DNA of 63,669 nt, filler included, from Pelomyxa schiedti (GCA_020536535.1; 5 parts of 5 records of this genome joined end to end with filler, not necessarily neighbours in it), one strand, 5' to 3'; counted from the first letter of the whole stretch, positions 22,001 to 34,788 are shown. Numbers and translations are program-made. The notes: a model not told the origin generated them from the letters alone.

Positions 22001-24868
22001 GTAACAATGACGGTCATGAATGAGGGGAAAGTTCTTTTAAATGGTTTGCAGGGAAAAACTATGTGCAAACTTACTGTGGGAACCACAACAATTCTTGTGC
22101 ATTCTCCCTCTCATCCAATTTGTTCAGTCCATCAATGACCACAACCTCTCTCCCAGTTAGTTTGAGAATGGAATTTAACTCGAACACACAATATGGCGGT
22201 TGTTGACATTAGCCACGGAAAGATTCGATAGCCAAGTCACAAACGCTAGTGGAGCTGCTGTTTGGTCTGTTGGAAGTTCTACAGGTGCCGCAAGTTGTTC
22301 TGAGATCTAATCTGTGTAAGGCAATGCTAGTAGAAGAAAAGAGACCAGTCGCATAAGTCGGCCAAGCAGGAAAGCATAGTTAGTGGATGCTGGGGAGCAG
22401 CCGATGTAATGTAATGCAATAACATCCTCTGGGTGGTGCTCCTAGAAAAAGTGTGAGGCATTACGGATAAACAACTGAAAAAAGTACCTTATGTCTCATA
22501 ACCCAGTTAGCAATTAAAGCAGACTTGCCACTTCCACCCTATGATAGATTGAGCTCAAAAAAATTTTCCCTCAGAAAAACCTCTCCGACAATAACCATCG
22601 GCAATGCTTGCTCGCTTGAAACGAATTTATCAAGCTCCATGAAGTTGTTTTCATTGGGTAAATAAACCCGAGTAAGGTTGCGCGAAGTCAACTTGTGTCG
22701 AAGGTCTTCCCGCTCTTCATCACTTAGAGAAATACCCTAGTTAAATGGTGAGAAGTGATCAAAATGAGTAGTGAGGAACCTCGGGATATTTCTTGTTGAC
22801 ATACTGCTTAAGATCTTCATACATGAAGTCGGCCATCTGATCATGCCGAAGGTAATCCTTAACAGGATTCCCGGACTTGTGAATATCTGTCTTAAGGGCA
22901 GCTAGTTTCCTGCTTGCTGTGGGACCTTCAGCAACATAGATGTGCCTGTGTTCTTTCGGCACTTCCTCAATGAAGTATGGGTCCCTTAGGTAGAACCAAC
23001 CAGGTTTAGTGGATCCATCATATTTGTGTCCGAGAAGCTGAAGTGAGACGTGAGCAAACTCTGAGATAATGATATTATAAAGAGCAACCATTCGCATTTC
23101 CAGTTCCGTTACACTACGATCTCGGAATTCATTAATCCAAGGGAACTCACGAGCAGCAAGATCAAATGATCGGCTGAGGAGATCATTATTACTTGTGTCT
23201 CCTTCATTTGAAATAGCCCAGCCATATCGCTCACCATAAAGACCAAGGAAGACGTTTGACTTCTCAACTTCCCTAAGGCACATTAGCAGCATGGTTGCTT
23301 GCTCACTTTGCGCTCCTGTCACACCCCTGGGACAAAGGTCAGCAATTGAAAGAAAAAGAGAAGAAGTACCATCGGAGATCCACATAGCTGACAGCCACAT
23401 CCAAAGACATGCATAGCTTACGAATCTTGGGAATTACATATTTAACCTTGATGAAGTTAGACGAAGAAAAGAAAAGAAAGTACACACAATCTTTTCTCTC
23501 TCTTCTTTCATATCCCTGAAGGGGCTGGAAATGAATATCCTTATTTCCCTCTCAAACTCCTCTTGCTTGGCCGGCCTTGGCTTTTCTGTTTGCACAATTT
23601 CTTGAATTGCAGCCTGCAAATGTAGGTGAATGAGGAAAAACGTTACATGAGCCCAACTTTATCTTCTATGCTGGGTTCTTCCATGATTTTCATGTCAGTC
23701 AGCTGGGCAAGTTGTGTTCGTAAATCAATTTCAGTTTGTTGGATGTTCACAATAGAACGTCTAACATTCTGAAGTTGCCCACGCAGTATTGATATCTTTT
23801 AAAGATTGGTATTAAAACCAAAAAAAAAAAAGTGTGAAGAACCTTTTGCTCCACAGACTGGGAAAGATGGCCAGCGCCAGAATCTTTGGAAAATGAATGA
23901 AGTTTTTGGGAACAAAATTGCTTACCATAAAATCTGAATTCCATGGGAAACCCATAATGCCGACCGTTGTCATTTGTTGCATGGATTGGTACAGTACCTG
24001 GTGCCGCACTATCCGGAATTAACGGATTAGTTTTTACAATATGTGTTAAGTAATACGTACACGCAAGGTGGAATGCTCACAATCACAGAGGTGCTACTGT
24101 GGAACTCATACTCCGTTGCAGTAACAGCTCCAACTTTCAATTTGAAACCAGGGCCTGGCCTAAAGTTGAGTCCAAAAACGGCGAGTCTGAAGTCACCGGT
24201 GTTGGGCCCTGTGATCGTTGTGGGACTCAGCAAAAGGATATGGCCAATAAAATAGAATGAAGAAGCAACCTGAAGTAGGCAAAACCATGGTTATTGTAGG
24301 TACTGGAACTGGGCCCGTTAATGTTGGAACCACAGATGCAGGTGCTGCAGATGACACCGAAGATGTAGTTGCCACACTAACAACAGATAAGGCATCATCC
24401 TCTGTGGGAGTCACAGGTGGTGGGGGTGCCTTGGGCTTTGGAGGCATTTTTTTGGCCCCTCTGGTTTTATCCTGAACCCAGGTTTCAAGTACCGCTTGCA
24501 TTGCGGGATTTTTCTTTAAGATAGCTTGGATCTTAAAAGAGTTGCTCTTCAAGTCCTCAGGGCGAACCACAATATGTGTCACCTACGTCAAAATAGGCAT
24601 GGTTTGCATGCAGCACTCATGAGGAAATACGGCCAAAATAGGGGGGAAAAAAAAGCACCCAAAATAATAATAATCATAATAATAATGTGCCAACTCAACA
24701 AAGTCGCGAAAGCGGTTAGAATTGTACCATTTTCGAAGGCATTGACAAAACTTCTCCACCATAGTCACGTATTGTTTGGGTTAGTGCCTTCTTTGAGGGT
24801 GCAGGCAGATCCAAGAGAAAGAAAATATGGTCACTCAGGGCGTACTTCTCCGTAGGCGTACCAGCCAT
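19076..24868 (-). CDS. BRCT - IPT/TIG - DUF4062 - STAND/NACHT-like NTPase - TPR repeats - polyproline - WH2-like protein (NPHP3/TTC41-like core)
   Basis: BRCT: TIRDYGGEVLSMPSKM/VTHIVV..KIQAI..AVLETWVQD. IPT/TIG: LSPTTITGPNTGDFRLAVFGLNF. DUF4062: EIRIFISSPFRDMKEERE..CLREVEKSNVFLGLYGERYGW. Walker A split by an intron: VIVGE/GGSGKSALIANW. TPR: LEIREISLGPNHSSVAQSLEN, DLKRAIEIRTQLFGK. Then poly-Pro runs and EELQKTSSLHHVTEASDRSSA. ATG 24868, stop TAA 19076-19078. Confidence 0.85.
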
Positions 24869-25804
24869 TTTACTTGTCGCAAAGGTTTTTCGTTATTTGC
24901 TTGGTTTTTTTCGCAATTCGTTGTTTTTTCCTGTTTTTTTTATTGGCCTCTTAAAAGGCGCTGGTTAACCGAAAAAAACCGGCGAGATCTCGGTTCAGTC
25001 TTCCCACTGTAGTGTTCATGGTAACGGGGGACCAACTTAGTTCCAAGCGAGGGGCAATACGAGCTGTACTCCTGTACGCACTGGGCGAGAATAGTTCAAG
25101 ACTTGGTGGGATTAGACTTTGAAAGAAGTACACGACACGCGGGAAAGAAAAGGGTACAAGCTACCAAAAAAGAAGGTTTTTTTTAGTTAATGGAGTGCCT
25201 TACCCCAAATTGTGGGATGTCACAAGGTGGGGGTGTCCACATTTCGGCATTGCGTCGTGTGTTGTGTGGCACAATGACGATATTGTGGGGGCGATTTTGA
25301 TGTGCAGGTGACTACTGTACGTGTTTTGGGTTTGAGAAACTGCGCATGAGAACGCGCAGTTGTCGGTTGGTCTGGGGTTTTTTAGGCCTTGCCGGCGAAT
25401 CTGTGTGCAAGGTAGCCAAGCACAGCCAAGACGGCGACGATGAAAGCAAAAACGAAGAGGAGAATGGCAATGATGTCTCCAGCGCCCATTTATGTGTAGG
25501 TTTGCTTTATTGAGAGTTTTTTCTGTAGTGTGTGAGAAAGAGTGTGGCGTGTAGTAATAAGTGGTGTTTGTTTAGGGGGAGTTAAAGGGGGAAAAAAAAT
25601 TATCCAACCTGTGCTGCGCCGCGCAGGTGTTGCTTGATGGTTTTTTTTTTGTTGTTTGTTTTGTTCTTTCGCCGGGAAACAACAAAGGAAAAGTCGCCCC
25701 AAAAATATGACGAGAATCAAAAGTACCCCCATTCAATTGCAAATCTTGGGGAGGTTACCAGATTGATTGACGATTCATCACTGATCGGACTTTGGGGTTG
25801 GGTG

Positions 25805-26983
25805 ATGACAACTGCGATAGCCACCGACGTTGGGCGTTTATTAGGGGGACGCGGCATATCCCGCTGGTTTCTCGCCCCCGCTCGGGCACACTTATGGGAC
25901 TCGCGCCGTCGACCAAGCGGTCGCCGTTGTGCCAGCGATGTCGTAGCTACGAAAAACGAACCGGCACAAACGAGGACAAGTGAAAAATCAAAAGAACAGC
26001 AACAAAGAGGGCATAATGATGATCATGGACAGGCAGTGATGCTGCCAGGAGCCAAGACTGTGATTGATTACTACAGCTGGGCGTATGTGTGGCCCCGCGC
26101 GGTTCGCTTTTGGAACAGAGACTTGTGTGTGGCTACAATTCTCTGGTTCTGGCACAAGCGGCTCCAAAGGCACATCCACCACCTTCTCGCTCACCCACTT
26201 TTGTGAACAGTGGGAGTGTGCTTGCTGAGTTGTTTTGTGAATCATCCTTGTCGCCCTGGTGCCTGTTCCTTTTCTTAGTCTGGGTGTTTGGAAGAAACCT
26301 ATGTAGAACCTCCCACAACATGACTCTTAACACTGAACTCAGGGAGGTGAGACAAGAGATTCCAGTTGGCAGTAAGGTACTTCAGGCCTCAAATGTTTAT
26401 GGGTCATACACCCAGAATATGGCGAAACACATTGGCCCTCTTGGGACATTTGATGTCATTGACGTAATGCCCATCCAAGTGGAGCAAGCGAAGAAAAAAC
26501 TTCAAGGGCTTCCTCAGGTACATTTATTCTTTAAAATATCGAGTTTAACTTGAACATTAGGCTTCTGCCCGCCTTGCGGATGCAGCCAACCCTGGTGGCA
26601 ATCCTCCCTATGATGCCTGCATAAGCTACTTCTTGTTGCATGAAGTAACCAGTAAGCAAAAGCGTGAGATTGTCAATGCACTTCTCAACCATGTGAAAAA
26701 AGATGGCGGCAAGGTTTGTCCACTTTGCCGAGGTGTGCTTTAAGTCTATTATTAGGTTGTATTCATTGACTATCATCGTATGGCAATGCTGCACCCACTG
26801 AGGCCTGTGATGCACCTCGTGTGGGCACTGTTGGAGCCGTTTGCACGTAATCTCACCCGCTTTAATGTCTGGGATTATGCTGAGAAGCCATACTCCTTCA
26901 CATGGACAAAGAAGACCATGTTTTGGGGTTTGTATCAAAAGACTGTGGCCACAGCAATAGTCCCCAAATATGATGAGCCCTGA
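25805..26983 (+). CDS. rquA: Rhodoquinone biosynthesis protein RquA (SAM-dependent, methyltransferase-like) with Arg-rich N-terminal extension
   Basis: Spliced protein follows RquA end to end: DYYSWAYVWPRAVRFWNRDLCVATILWFWHKRLQ, KVLQASNVYG (RquA-type atypical motif I), IDVMPIQVEQAKKKL, LADAANPGG..YDACISYFLLHEV, GGKVVFIDYH..HPLRPVMHLVWALLEPFA, FTWTKKTMFWGLYQKTVA. Three introns; stop TGA 26981-26983. Confidence 0.93.
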
Positions 26984-27258
26984 TACAACGGTTTTGACGT
27001 TTGGAAAAACAAAAACCAAAACTTTCACACTGTCATTGATTACTACCGGGGTTTGCTAATGCATGTGTACCATCTCGTTCCTTCCCAACAAAGCAAGACT
27101 TGTAGTGCAGTGAAGTGTTGAGACAACCTAGAGCAGTGAGAGCCAAAAAGAAAAACAACAAAGTGAACTTCAGCACAACAAACCTCCTATCATTCAAACA
27201 GTGGTGTTTTCGCGGCGTTTGGGCAAAATCCCCACAAAGAAGAAACCCACACATACAA

Positions 27259-27678
27259 ATGCAACCAATTCCAGAGGAAGCGGACCCATCCAACGACCCC
27301 GCGGTGCAGAAGATACTCAGGAAGAAGGAGAAAGGCAAGCCGCTGACTGTGCAGGAGGCCGGGAAGCTGGGGGGCAAGGGGTACAAGGCCGTCGCGAGGG
27401 CCGCGCAGCTGGGCGGCGAGGAGGACGCGGTGGAGGACATCCTGAGGAAGAAGGAGGCCGGGGAGCCCCTCACGCCCCACGAGAGGGGGAAGCTGGGCGG
27501 GGCGGCGTACAAGGCGGCCGAGAGGGCCGAGGCCACCGGCGGGGAGAAGGAGACCATCGAGGAGATCCAGGAGAAGAGGGACGCCGGCGAGAAGCTCACG
27601 GCCCGCGAGAGGGGGAAGCTCGGGGGGGCAAAGGTGCAGGAGGCATTTAGGCGTGCCAGGGAGGAGTCGGGCGAGTGA
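27259..27678 (+). CDS. Small hydrophilic stress-type protein with three 42-aa repeats containing E.GKLGG (KGG/LEA_5-like)
   Basis: Intronless, very GC-rich 139-aa ORF with repeats ILRKKEKGKPLTVQEAGKLGG / ILRKKEAGEPLTPHERGKLGG / IQEKRDAGEKLTARERGKLGG. Confidence 0.7.
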   Translation: MQPIPEEADPSNDPAVQKILRKKEKGKPLTVQEAGKLGGKGYKAVARAAQLGGEEDAVEDILRKKEAGEPLTPHERGKLGGAAYKAAERAEATGGEKETIEEIQEKRDAGEKLTARERGKLGGAKVQEAFRRAREESGE

Positions 27679-28104
27679 GGAATGGAATTGTGGGCCCGCT
27701 GCGCGAGGAGCGCGAATGGAATGTGACTGGGGGTTCTTTGGTTGATACAACTGAAGTCGGGGGAGAAAAAATTTATCTTGTTCTGAGTTGAACTCCAACA
27801 AAGCTTTTTTTGGTGAAGGTGGACCCCTGATCCATTTCTTCCCCTGTAACTTGAACATTTTTGGATATGATCCGGGGTGCGGTTCACAAAAAAGCAACGA
27901 TCAACGATCAGAAGACCAAAAACACCAGGCACAAACCAAATAGGACCCGGCATATTTTTTCCCAGCGTTGAATGAACCCTCAAAGTTTCAAAGTGAGTGA
28001 AGAAGCGAAATAACAATTAAATAACAAAAAAAAAAAAAAAAACCAAGCAGCACACACCCCCCTTCTTCCCAAAAACCAAACACAAATACCAAAGGAAAGG
28101 GACA

Positions 28105-31100
28105 ATGAACGAGGGGGATGAGACTGTGACCAGCCAGGCTGGCCTCTTGGCACCGATGGCGAGCACGTCTCCTGCTCCCATAAGTAATGCTGGCACCAAT
28201 AGCGTCACTTTTTCGTCTTCAATGTCTAGCGGTGCTAGCGGCATTTCTTTGACAGGAAACGCCAACAAAGTTCTCGATTCCTTGATGGTTTGTACTCGAT
28301 TCCTACAATATAAGAACATACCCTATATAAGTATAACTTTTTTTCTTTTCGTACCCTGGTGCTTATGGAGCTCTCTTTACAGTTTTTTTCCTTTCAAATG
28401 GTAAGGCGCAAGCTGCCACTGCAAAGGACAGTTCCAACTATATTATATGTTGTGCAAGTATTACAGCTGTTTTCACTGGCACTGCACCCATATATTTTCG
28501 CATGTGAAGCGAATGACAATCAATCTGTGGCATCACTCTCCAGTCACCAATACGGCGTTTTGAAAGCGCTCGGCCTTGGTGTGGATGATGAGGATGCTAA
28601 GAGGAGCTACTTGGCATACTTTTGCTCACGTCCCCCAGACAGCACCCTGGGGAAAGTGGCCTGGTACGGCTTGGTGGGTTTCAACTGGCTGAGGGGGTCT
28701 CTTGAATACAATGTCTCGGTGTACATTATTATGGTTGTTATTGCTGCTGTATACAATTCCTTGTTTTTGATGCAATTTATGATGATATTTCGTGGGGCAA
28801 TAGGTTGACCACATCTTTTGCCCCTCCTTCTCATGAAATCCACAGGTAGACATTGGGCATATGGTGCCCAAAAGTTCATCCTTCTTCTTGGGCCCACTTT
28901 AGCTCTTATGCTATGGCGTGCGTATGCTAATGCCTTTGCGAGGGTGGGTGCCTTTTCCTCGGCACTTAGCACAGCAATCTCCATTATTGGAATAGTATGT
29001 TTTCTGCTAATAATCTGGGACTATTCGCATGCTGTTTTATTGTACCCCATTCTTCGTTGTGGGTGCTGTTAAATAAAAACTAGTGTGTTTGATTTTCGAC
29101 CGTCATGGGGATTCATGGCAAGCAGCACTGGGCGTTTACGCTTTGTGTGGGGAATATGCAAATTTATGTTGACACTCAGTGAAGAGTTTTTACTGAACTA
29201 TGGAGGAGTTCTAACAACTGTGCACTGCATCTTTGTTTGGTTGTGTTCTACTTTTCTATTACTTCTAGAGATATACTGCCAGGTTTGTTTGATGTAAGCA
29301 AGTAATGACCTCTCAACTGCCAAAAAGGTCTACTTTTCCAGGGTGATAAATTACATTGAAGCAGCAATACTATCTACCTTAACGTGGTTCTCATTGTGCA
29401 TGGTGGCTGGCTCCTTCCTCCACACACTCGACTCTAAACTCATATTACTGGGAGTAGCACTTGGGTGTGCACTACCTGCCTGTGGCTTTGGGGTGGCATT
29501 ATCTGTTCTCTGGCAAAGAAGAATGAACGCAAAGTTGAATCACTGGTTCAGACGGAAGAACGACCGAGAAAGTAATACGGAGTCTGAGTTTCTAGTATTA
29601 CCGTAAGGTAAATACGTAGCTATGTAAACTAACTGGATGCTAGGAACCCTTTCCAGTACAGTGTCGTTACAAAGTTTGTGTACTCACAACGGACTTCAGA
29701 AAAAATTTCACGTGCGGAAGTAATTTTTCAGGAGGGACTCAAGTACTTGAATGCCATACCCCCCTTTTTTTTGATAGTTTTCCAGAGTGTACCCGAAATC
29801 TGTCTGCCTTCTCTTACAATATGCCATTTTCTTAGCAGAAGTAAAACAAGATATGCATGGGATGATGTTCCAGGTTTGTTTTTTTTTCCCTTCTGTTAAA
29901 CTAAATTACCCAATAGCTTAGACGAGCAAGAGAATTAAACACATGGCTTGACAATCAGTATCTTGTGTACTGCATGTCAAAGAGTGTTGAAGGGCGAGAC
30001 TCCGTCAAGGAAGAACGAGGGATACATCTGATGGTTGCCAAACACCACCACGTGTATGCAAATTACGGGAAGCCATGGTCTCATTTTGGTGTAGGTGCGG
30101 AAAAAGGAAAATAACTGAATTTTGGACAACCTTGAAGAGGAACCAGTCATCCATTAATGCACAGACGAGAGATTTGCTCTTGCAAATTGTAGCAGATCTA
30201 GATATGCACGAAAAAGCGGCCATATCATTATTCCAAAATTTATTGTACGGCCATCCCCGTCATGCACTTTTAGTAAGAGTCCCAGATCGGATGATGGGAA
30301 AGACCCAGAAACCTTGAGACAGTACGCACAATTTCTTATTGATATTTGTGATGACCACGAGCAAGCTGAACAACTTTATTCTGTACATCATAGTTTCTTG
30401 TTTATGAGCTTTCTCAATTTCTATAGTTAGCAGATCAATTTGATTCTACTGCTACAAGACCGGCAAAGCACCATAAGTAACAACTTTTAGCTTAATGTGC
30501 CCTGATCTAAAACTAGGGAAGTGAAAGTATTGCGTCTCGCTCCACCACCTCCCCCAATTCCGAAGGTAGTGGTGTCTGATCAGCTTGACAACGAGTCATC
30601 AGCTATTGGCAGTGAGTGTCAGGGAAGGAATGAGTCTATTGCATCGTCAAGTGTCAAATCAGCTCAATTTTCCAAAGCAAGAAGTAAAATTCTACAATAT
30701 CGAAACAGTATTGAGACTGCCAAGTGAGGTCCCGAATCAAGCTATTTATCTAACTTTATTAGACCTTACACTACAAAGAGCTTATACGCTTATTCTATAC
30801 TGTCTCAATTTGTTATTGTAGCATCCATATTCGTCCTTTTTATCCTGTACTCCAAAAATTTTTCCATGATAAAGACTTCCTTTACGGACATGGAAAAATC
30901 TGGTACAATAGTTTCACCCTTCTTTTTTAGGGGACTCACAACAATAGGAGATGCACTGTGTAACTTACATCACGGTTTCGCAGTTGTTCGTGAGCAACAA
31001 TCCCAGGTTTTTTGGTTGCAATCTGTGGAACCCTTGGAAGTGATCATTTCAAATGGTACAAGCAACTGGGAAACGTCTTTCAGACATGTCACAGAAAAAG

Positions 31101-34100
31101 ACAAATGGCCAACTGAAGTTACAGCTTACTTCCCAGAGTACACCTGTTGTCACAAATGTTTCCATTAAATCAGATGAAGATATTACGTGGACCAAATATC
31201 ACTGGAATGCCAAAATGGTTACTATAAAAATGAATCCGCACCACTGTATGAATTAGTTCTAGACTCTTTCTACTTATTGGACCTTCTCCGAGTTCAAAGT
31301 ATCTCTAAATTTTTTTTCTGTTGTGAACCGCACTCACAATAAACAAAGATATTACCTCCCAGTTCTTGTGCAATAGTCACGAATTGAGATTCCTTCTCGA
31401 CAATGTGCTACAGCATATCACACCCACTTTCCGGGTTTTTTTTGATTACTTTAATGCTCATGCACTATCCATATCTGACAGAACAGCTGTTTCATCTCTA
31501 GTCAGTGTGTACCTACTTTGGGTTTCCACTGGTAGCTGAGTTGTTCTTTTAGTCACTTGTCTATGTGTTACAATTTGTGCCTTCCTCTGGTTTGTCGTAT
31601 TGCTCCGTGGTTTCTTTTTGATTTCCAATGAACGGAATTCTGCCTTAAGTCTATTTGCCGATGTGCCAAAAGTACTGCTTGCTTATGGAATAAAGTCGTA
31701 CAATACTAATTCCCTTCATAGTCAACATTGACTAACATTGTCACAAAACTATCCTCGGAAGAAGAAAGGTACATACCCTTATTCTTTGATATCCCTAAAT
31801 TTCATGTTAGACTGCAAATTGAGAGCAAACAGATTGCCAAAACTACTCAACGAATACCCACACTACTTAAGTTGGGAATCGTATTAACTACCTCTGTTGG
31901 GGTAACATTGGCAATGTGCCTCTGCTTATTTTCTCTGGGTATAGCCTCATTATCAAACAAGGGCGCGCTGACAGGTAATTGGGGAACTTGAGCTTGGGAG
32001 CTAAAAAAAAAAAAAAAAAAGGTCTTGGCGAGACTGGTGATGACATTGTATCTGATGCGTACAATGTACAAATGTTAGTAGGGACTTTATCTCTGTTAAA
32101 TACCGAACTGGTTGTACAAGATGAAACAACTTGGGAAAGTGGCCAAGTATGGGGAAGCTCATTACGCTGAACACTTATTCTTCCCAGCTTCTTACTGGCA
32201 TTTCGTTTGCCTTAAATGCTACCGAGACCAGCCTCTCTCACCTGAGAAACTCCAAAAAGTAAAGTTTCGAAAATTAAAACTTCATTAACAATAATTTCAG
32301 CGAGGAAATGTATAAACTCCTTCACGACCAGCCCTGTCCTGATACAACAGATTTTGAGTGCACTGGGCTGGACAGTCTTCTGACCAAATTTCTTGTGTCT
32401 ACTTCAACTTTCGCTCAACTTCAAAACCATTCCATGCACGATCCCTATTATCTGTTGTCCTGCCAAATATATATGATTTTGGACCCATGGTAAATTGAAT
32501 AGTATTTTCGTTAGTATTAATCACAACTTGACCAAGGTTGCACCAGCTGACTCATGTCGCGGCAGATGTGCCTATGTCATCTGGTAACATGATTACCTAT
32601 GCCAGATTGTTGGCCCTTTTGAGTATTCCCATCGCTATTCTCGGCTATATCTTCTCCATTCCTTTCATTAATTCAGTGAAGCGTGAGCTCACAAGGTAGT
32701 CCTTTCAAGTATATTAAATGGGTCTAATTGGCTTTAGGACCCTGCGGCTTCTCCTTATGGTTCCAGCAGACGTTTTGATGTCCATATCATCCATCCACGA
32801 TTTCCTAGAGAGTGGTTGCACAAATATCACTGCGTCACTTAAGGTTGCCTTCCTTTCTTCGCTCATCTCTAATCTTTACCAGACTAGTACCAGAGACCAG
32901 GAAAGACGCACTCAATCACTTTTAGAAGGCTCAAAAGATGCTGTCCTTGTTACAGATGCTAAGTATGGTAACGTGGTATTCCCATTGACTGATTATGCTT
33001 CAGTGGCGTAATAAGTATTTTCAATCCGGCAGCAGAAGCACTTTTTGGCTACCGTGCTGATGAAGTATCTTTTCATTGGGCTTATTTTACGCTAATCGAT
33101 TCAGGTTTTGGGGAAAGATATTTCCATGATGTTTTCTGAAGAAGATGCCCAACAGCACATGCAAGCTGTTGAGGTTTTCATTTTCACCTTAATTTTTTTC
33201 TTACATGAACCCAGGAATGGGCTGATCTGGCAGTTCGCCGCCATGCAAAAAAAAATAAAAAAAGAAATCTCAGAAAGAGGCATTCCAATAAAGTCACAGA
33301 CATATGTGAAACCTCATTTACCACCAGTTCTGTTTTAGAAAATAATAAAGAATTGTCAATGACCCACAAAGGTGATAGAAAATTTCCCAGTTTCATTCCC
33401 TGATTAACACTAAGTTAGACGGTACATCGATAACAGTGTTGTTGTCCACCTCTGCTTCAAGTTTGAGTGCCAACGATATCGTTTTTGCTAGTTTTATAAA
33501 GGTGCATATACCAAAAACTTTTATCTCCTACTCATTTCAAAAGGATATAAGACAACTTAAAAACCAACAAGCTGAACTGGAGAAGCAAAAACGGCGGGCA
33601 GATGAACTTTTACTAAACGTACTTCCAGCTCCTGTCGTGGAAGATTTAAAGCAGTTATCTGGCTCTGGGAAAGTTGTTGCGCAATTTTATAAAGAAGTCA
33701 CTATACTATTTGCGGATATTGTAAATTTCACGCCTATGGCTAGCTCCATGGATCCCCATGAACTTGTAACTTATATGGTCCCCCATCATTTTTGACATTA
33801 TTCCTAAGGTGAATTTGCTTAATGATCTCTTTAGCCAGTGGGACCAGCTCTGCGTCAAATATGGCATTGAGAAGAGTATGTGCACCCAGAGATTTTGCAC
33901 ACATACTCACTTTTATTCATAGTCAAGACTATTGGGGACGCATTTATGGCCTGTAGTGGCTTACCAATTCCATGTGAAGATCATGCATCACGCATGGTTA
34001 CCATCCCAAGAACTCAAAACAAAAGAAGCTAATTAACCATAGATTGAGTTTGCACTAGCCGTTCTTAGGTCCACTGCGGCCTTCAACAAGCAAAGAGGAC

Positions 34101-34566
34101 CATCCTCTAGTCCTTTGTCTGTAAGAATAGGTGTAAATACAGGCAGCGTTGTTGCCGGAGTTATTGGTACCATCAAGTTCCAATACGACTTGTAAGTGGA
34201 ATTTCACAAACGGCCAAACAAACCAAGAAAAATAGGTGGGGAGACTCCGTGAATTTGGCGGCTCGTTTAGAGTCTACTGGGATTCCCAACAGAATCCAAG
34301 TGGGTCCCAGGACCCATGAAATCCTCTGTGATTCTTTCACGGTTCTTTTCTTTTACCCCCAAGCACTCAAGGTCTAATATTCAAAAAAACAAAAGTGGGA
34401 AAGCAGAGGAAAGCTTAAAATGAAAGGCAAAGGAGAGGTTCCGGCCTATGTGTTGTGTCATGATCCCTCACAAATCGGTTCTTGTGGGGAATTGATTCTA
34501 GACAGCAACCTCACATCCGCAGCATCAATTCACGTGACTGAGAACCCCATTGATGGCATTGAGTAA
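28105..34566 (+). CDS. Large multi-pass membrane PAS-domain class III adenylate cyclase (many short introns)
   Basis: N-terminal TM cluster, helical middle region and further TMs. PAS: [39 protein letters not shown]. Cyclase: [70 protein letters not shown]. Lys in KTIGD and Asp in QYDLW are the ATP-specifying residues. Confidence 0.88.
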
Positions 34567-34788
34567 CAAGATCATCATCACCACACCACATCTCCTACTC
34601 CCTACCACCAAATCCACCCATCCCACAAGGTGTAAACTTCCGTATGCCATGCACTAAATAAATCGAGTGTTTACAAAAAACACATTGCGTGTAGCCAAGA
34701 ACCTTTGTTCTCAACATCAAAAAAATTAAAACCAGCTCGCTTGCGAAACACGAAAGCACAAACAACCAAAAAAAAAAAAAAACCGACA

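Noticed and set aside
25805-27678. Bacterial contaminant or operon (rquA plus KGG-like gene)
   Set aside because: rquA has spliceosomal introns and an N-terminal extension, and is contiguous with intron-rich eukaryotic genes in the same segment.
27033-28016. 327-aa and 235-aa minus-strand ORFs
   Set aside because: Antisense shadows of the GC-rich repeat gene at 27259-27678.
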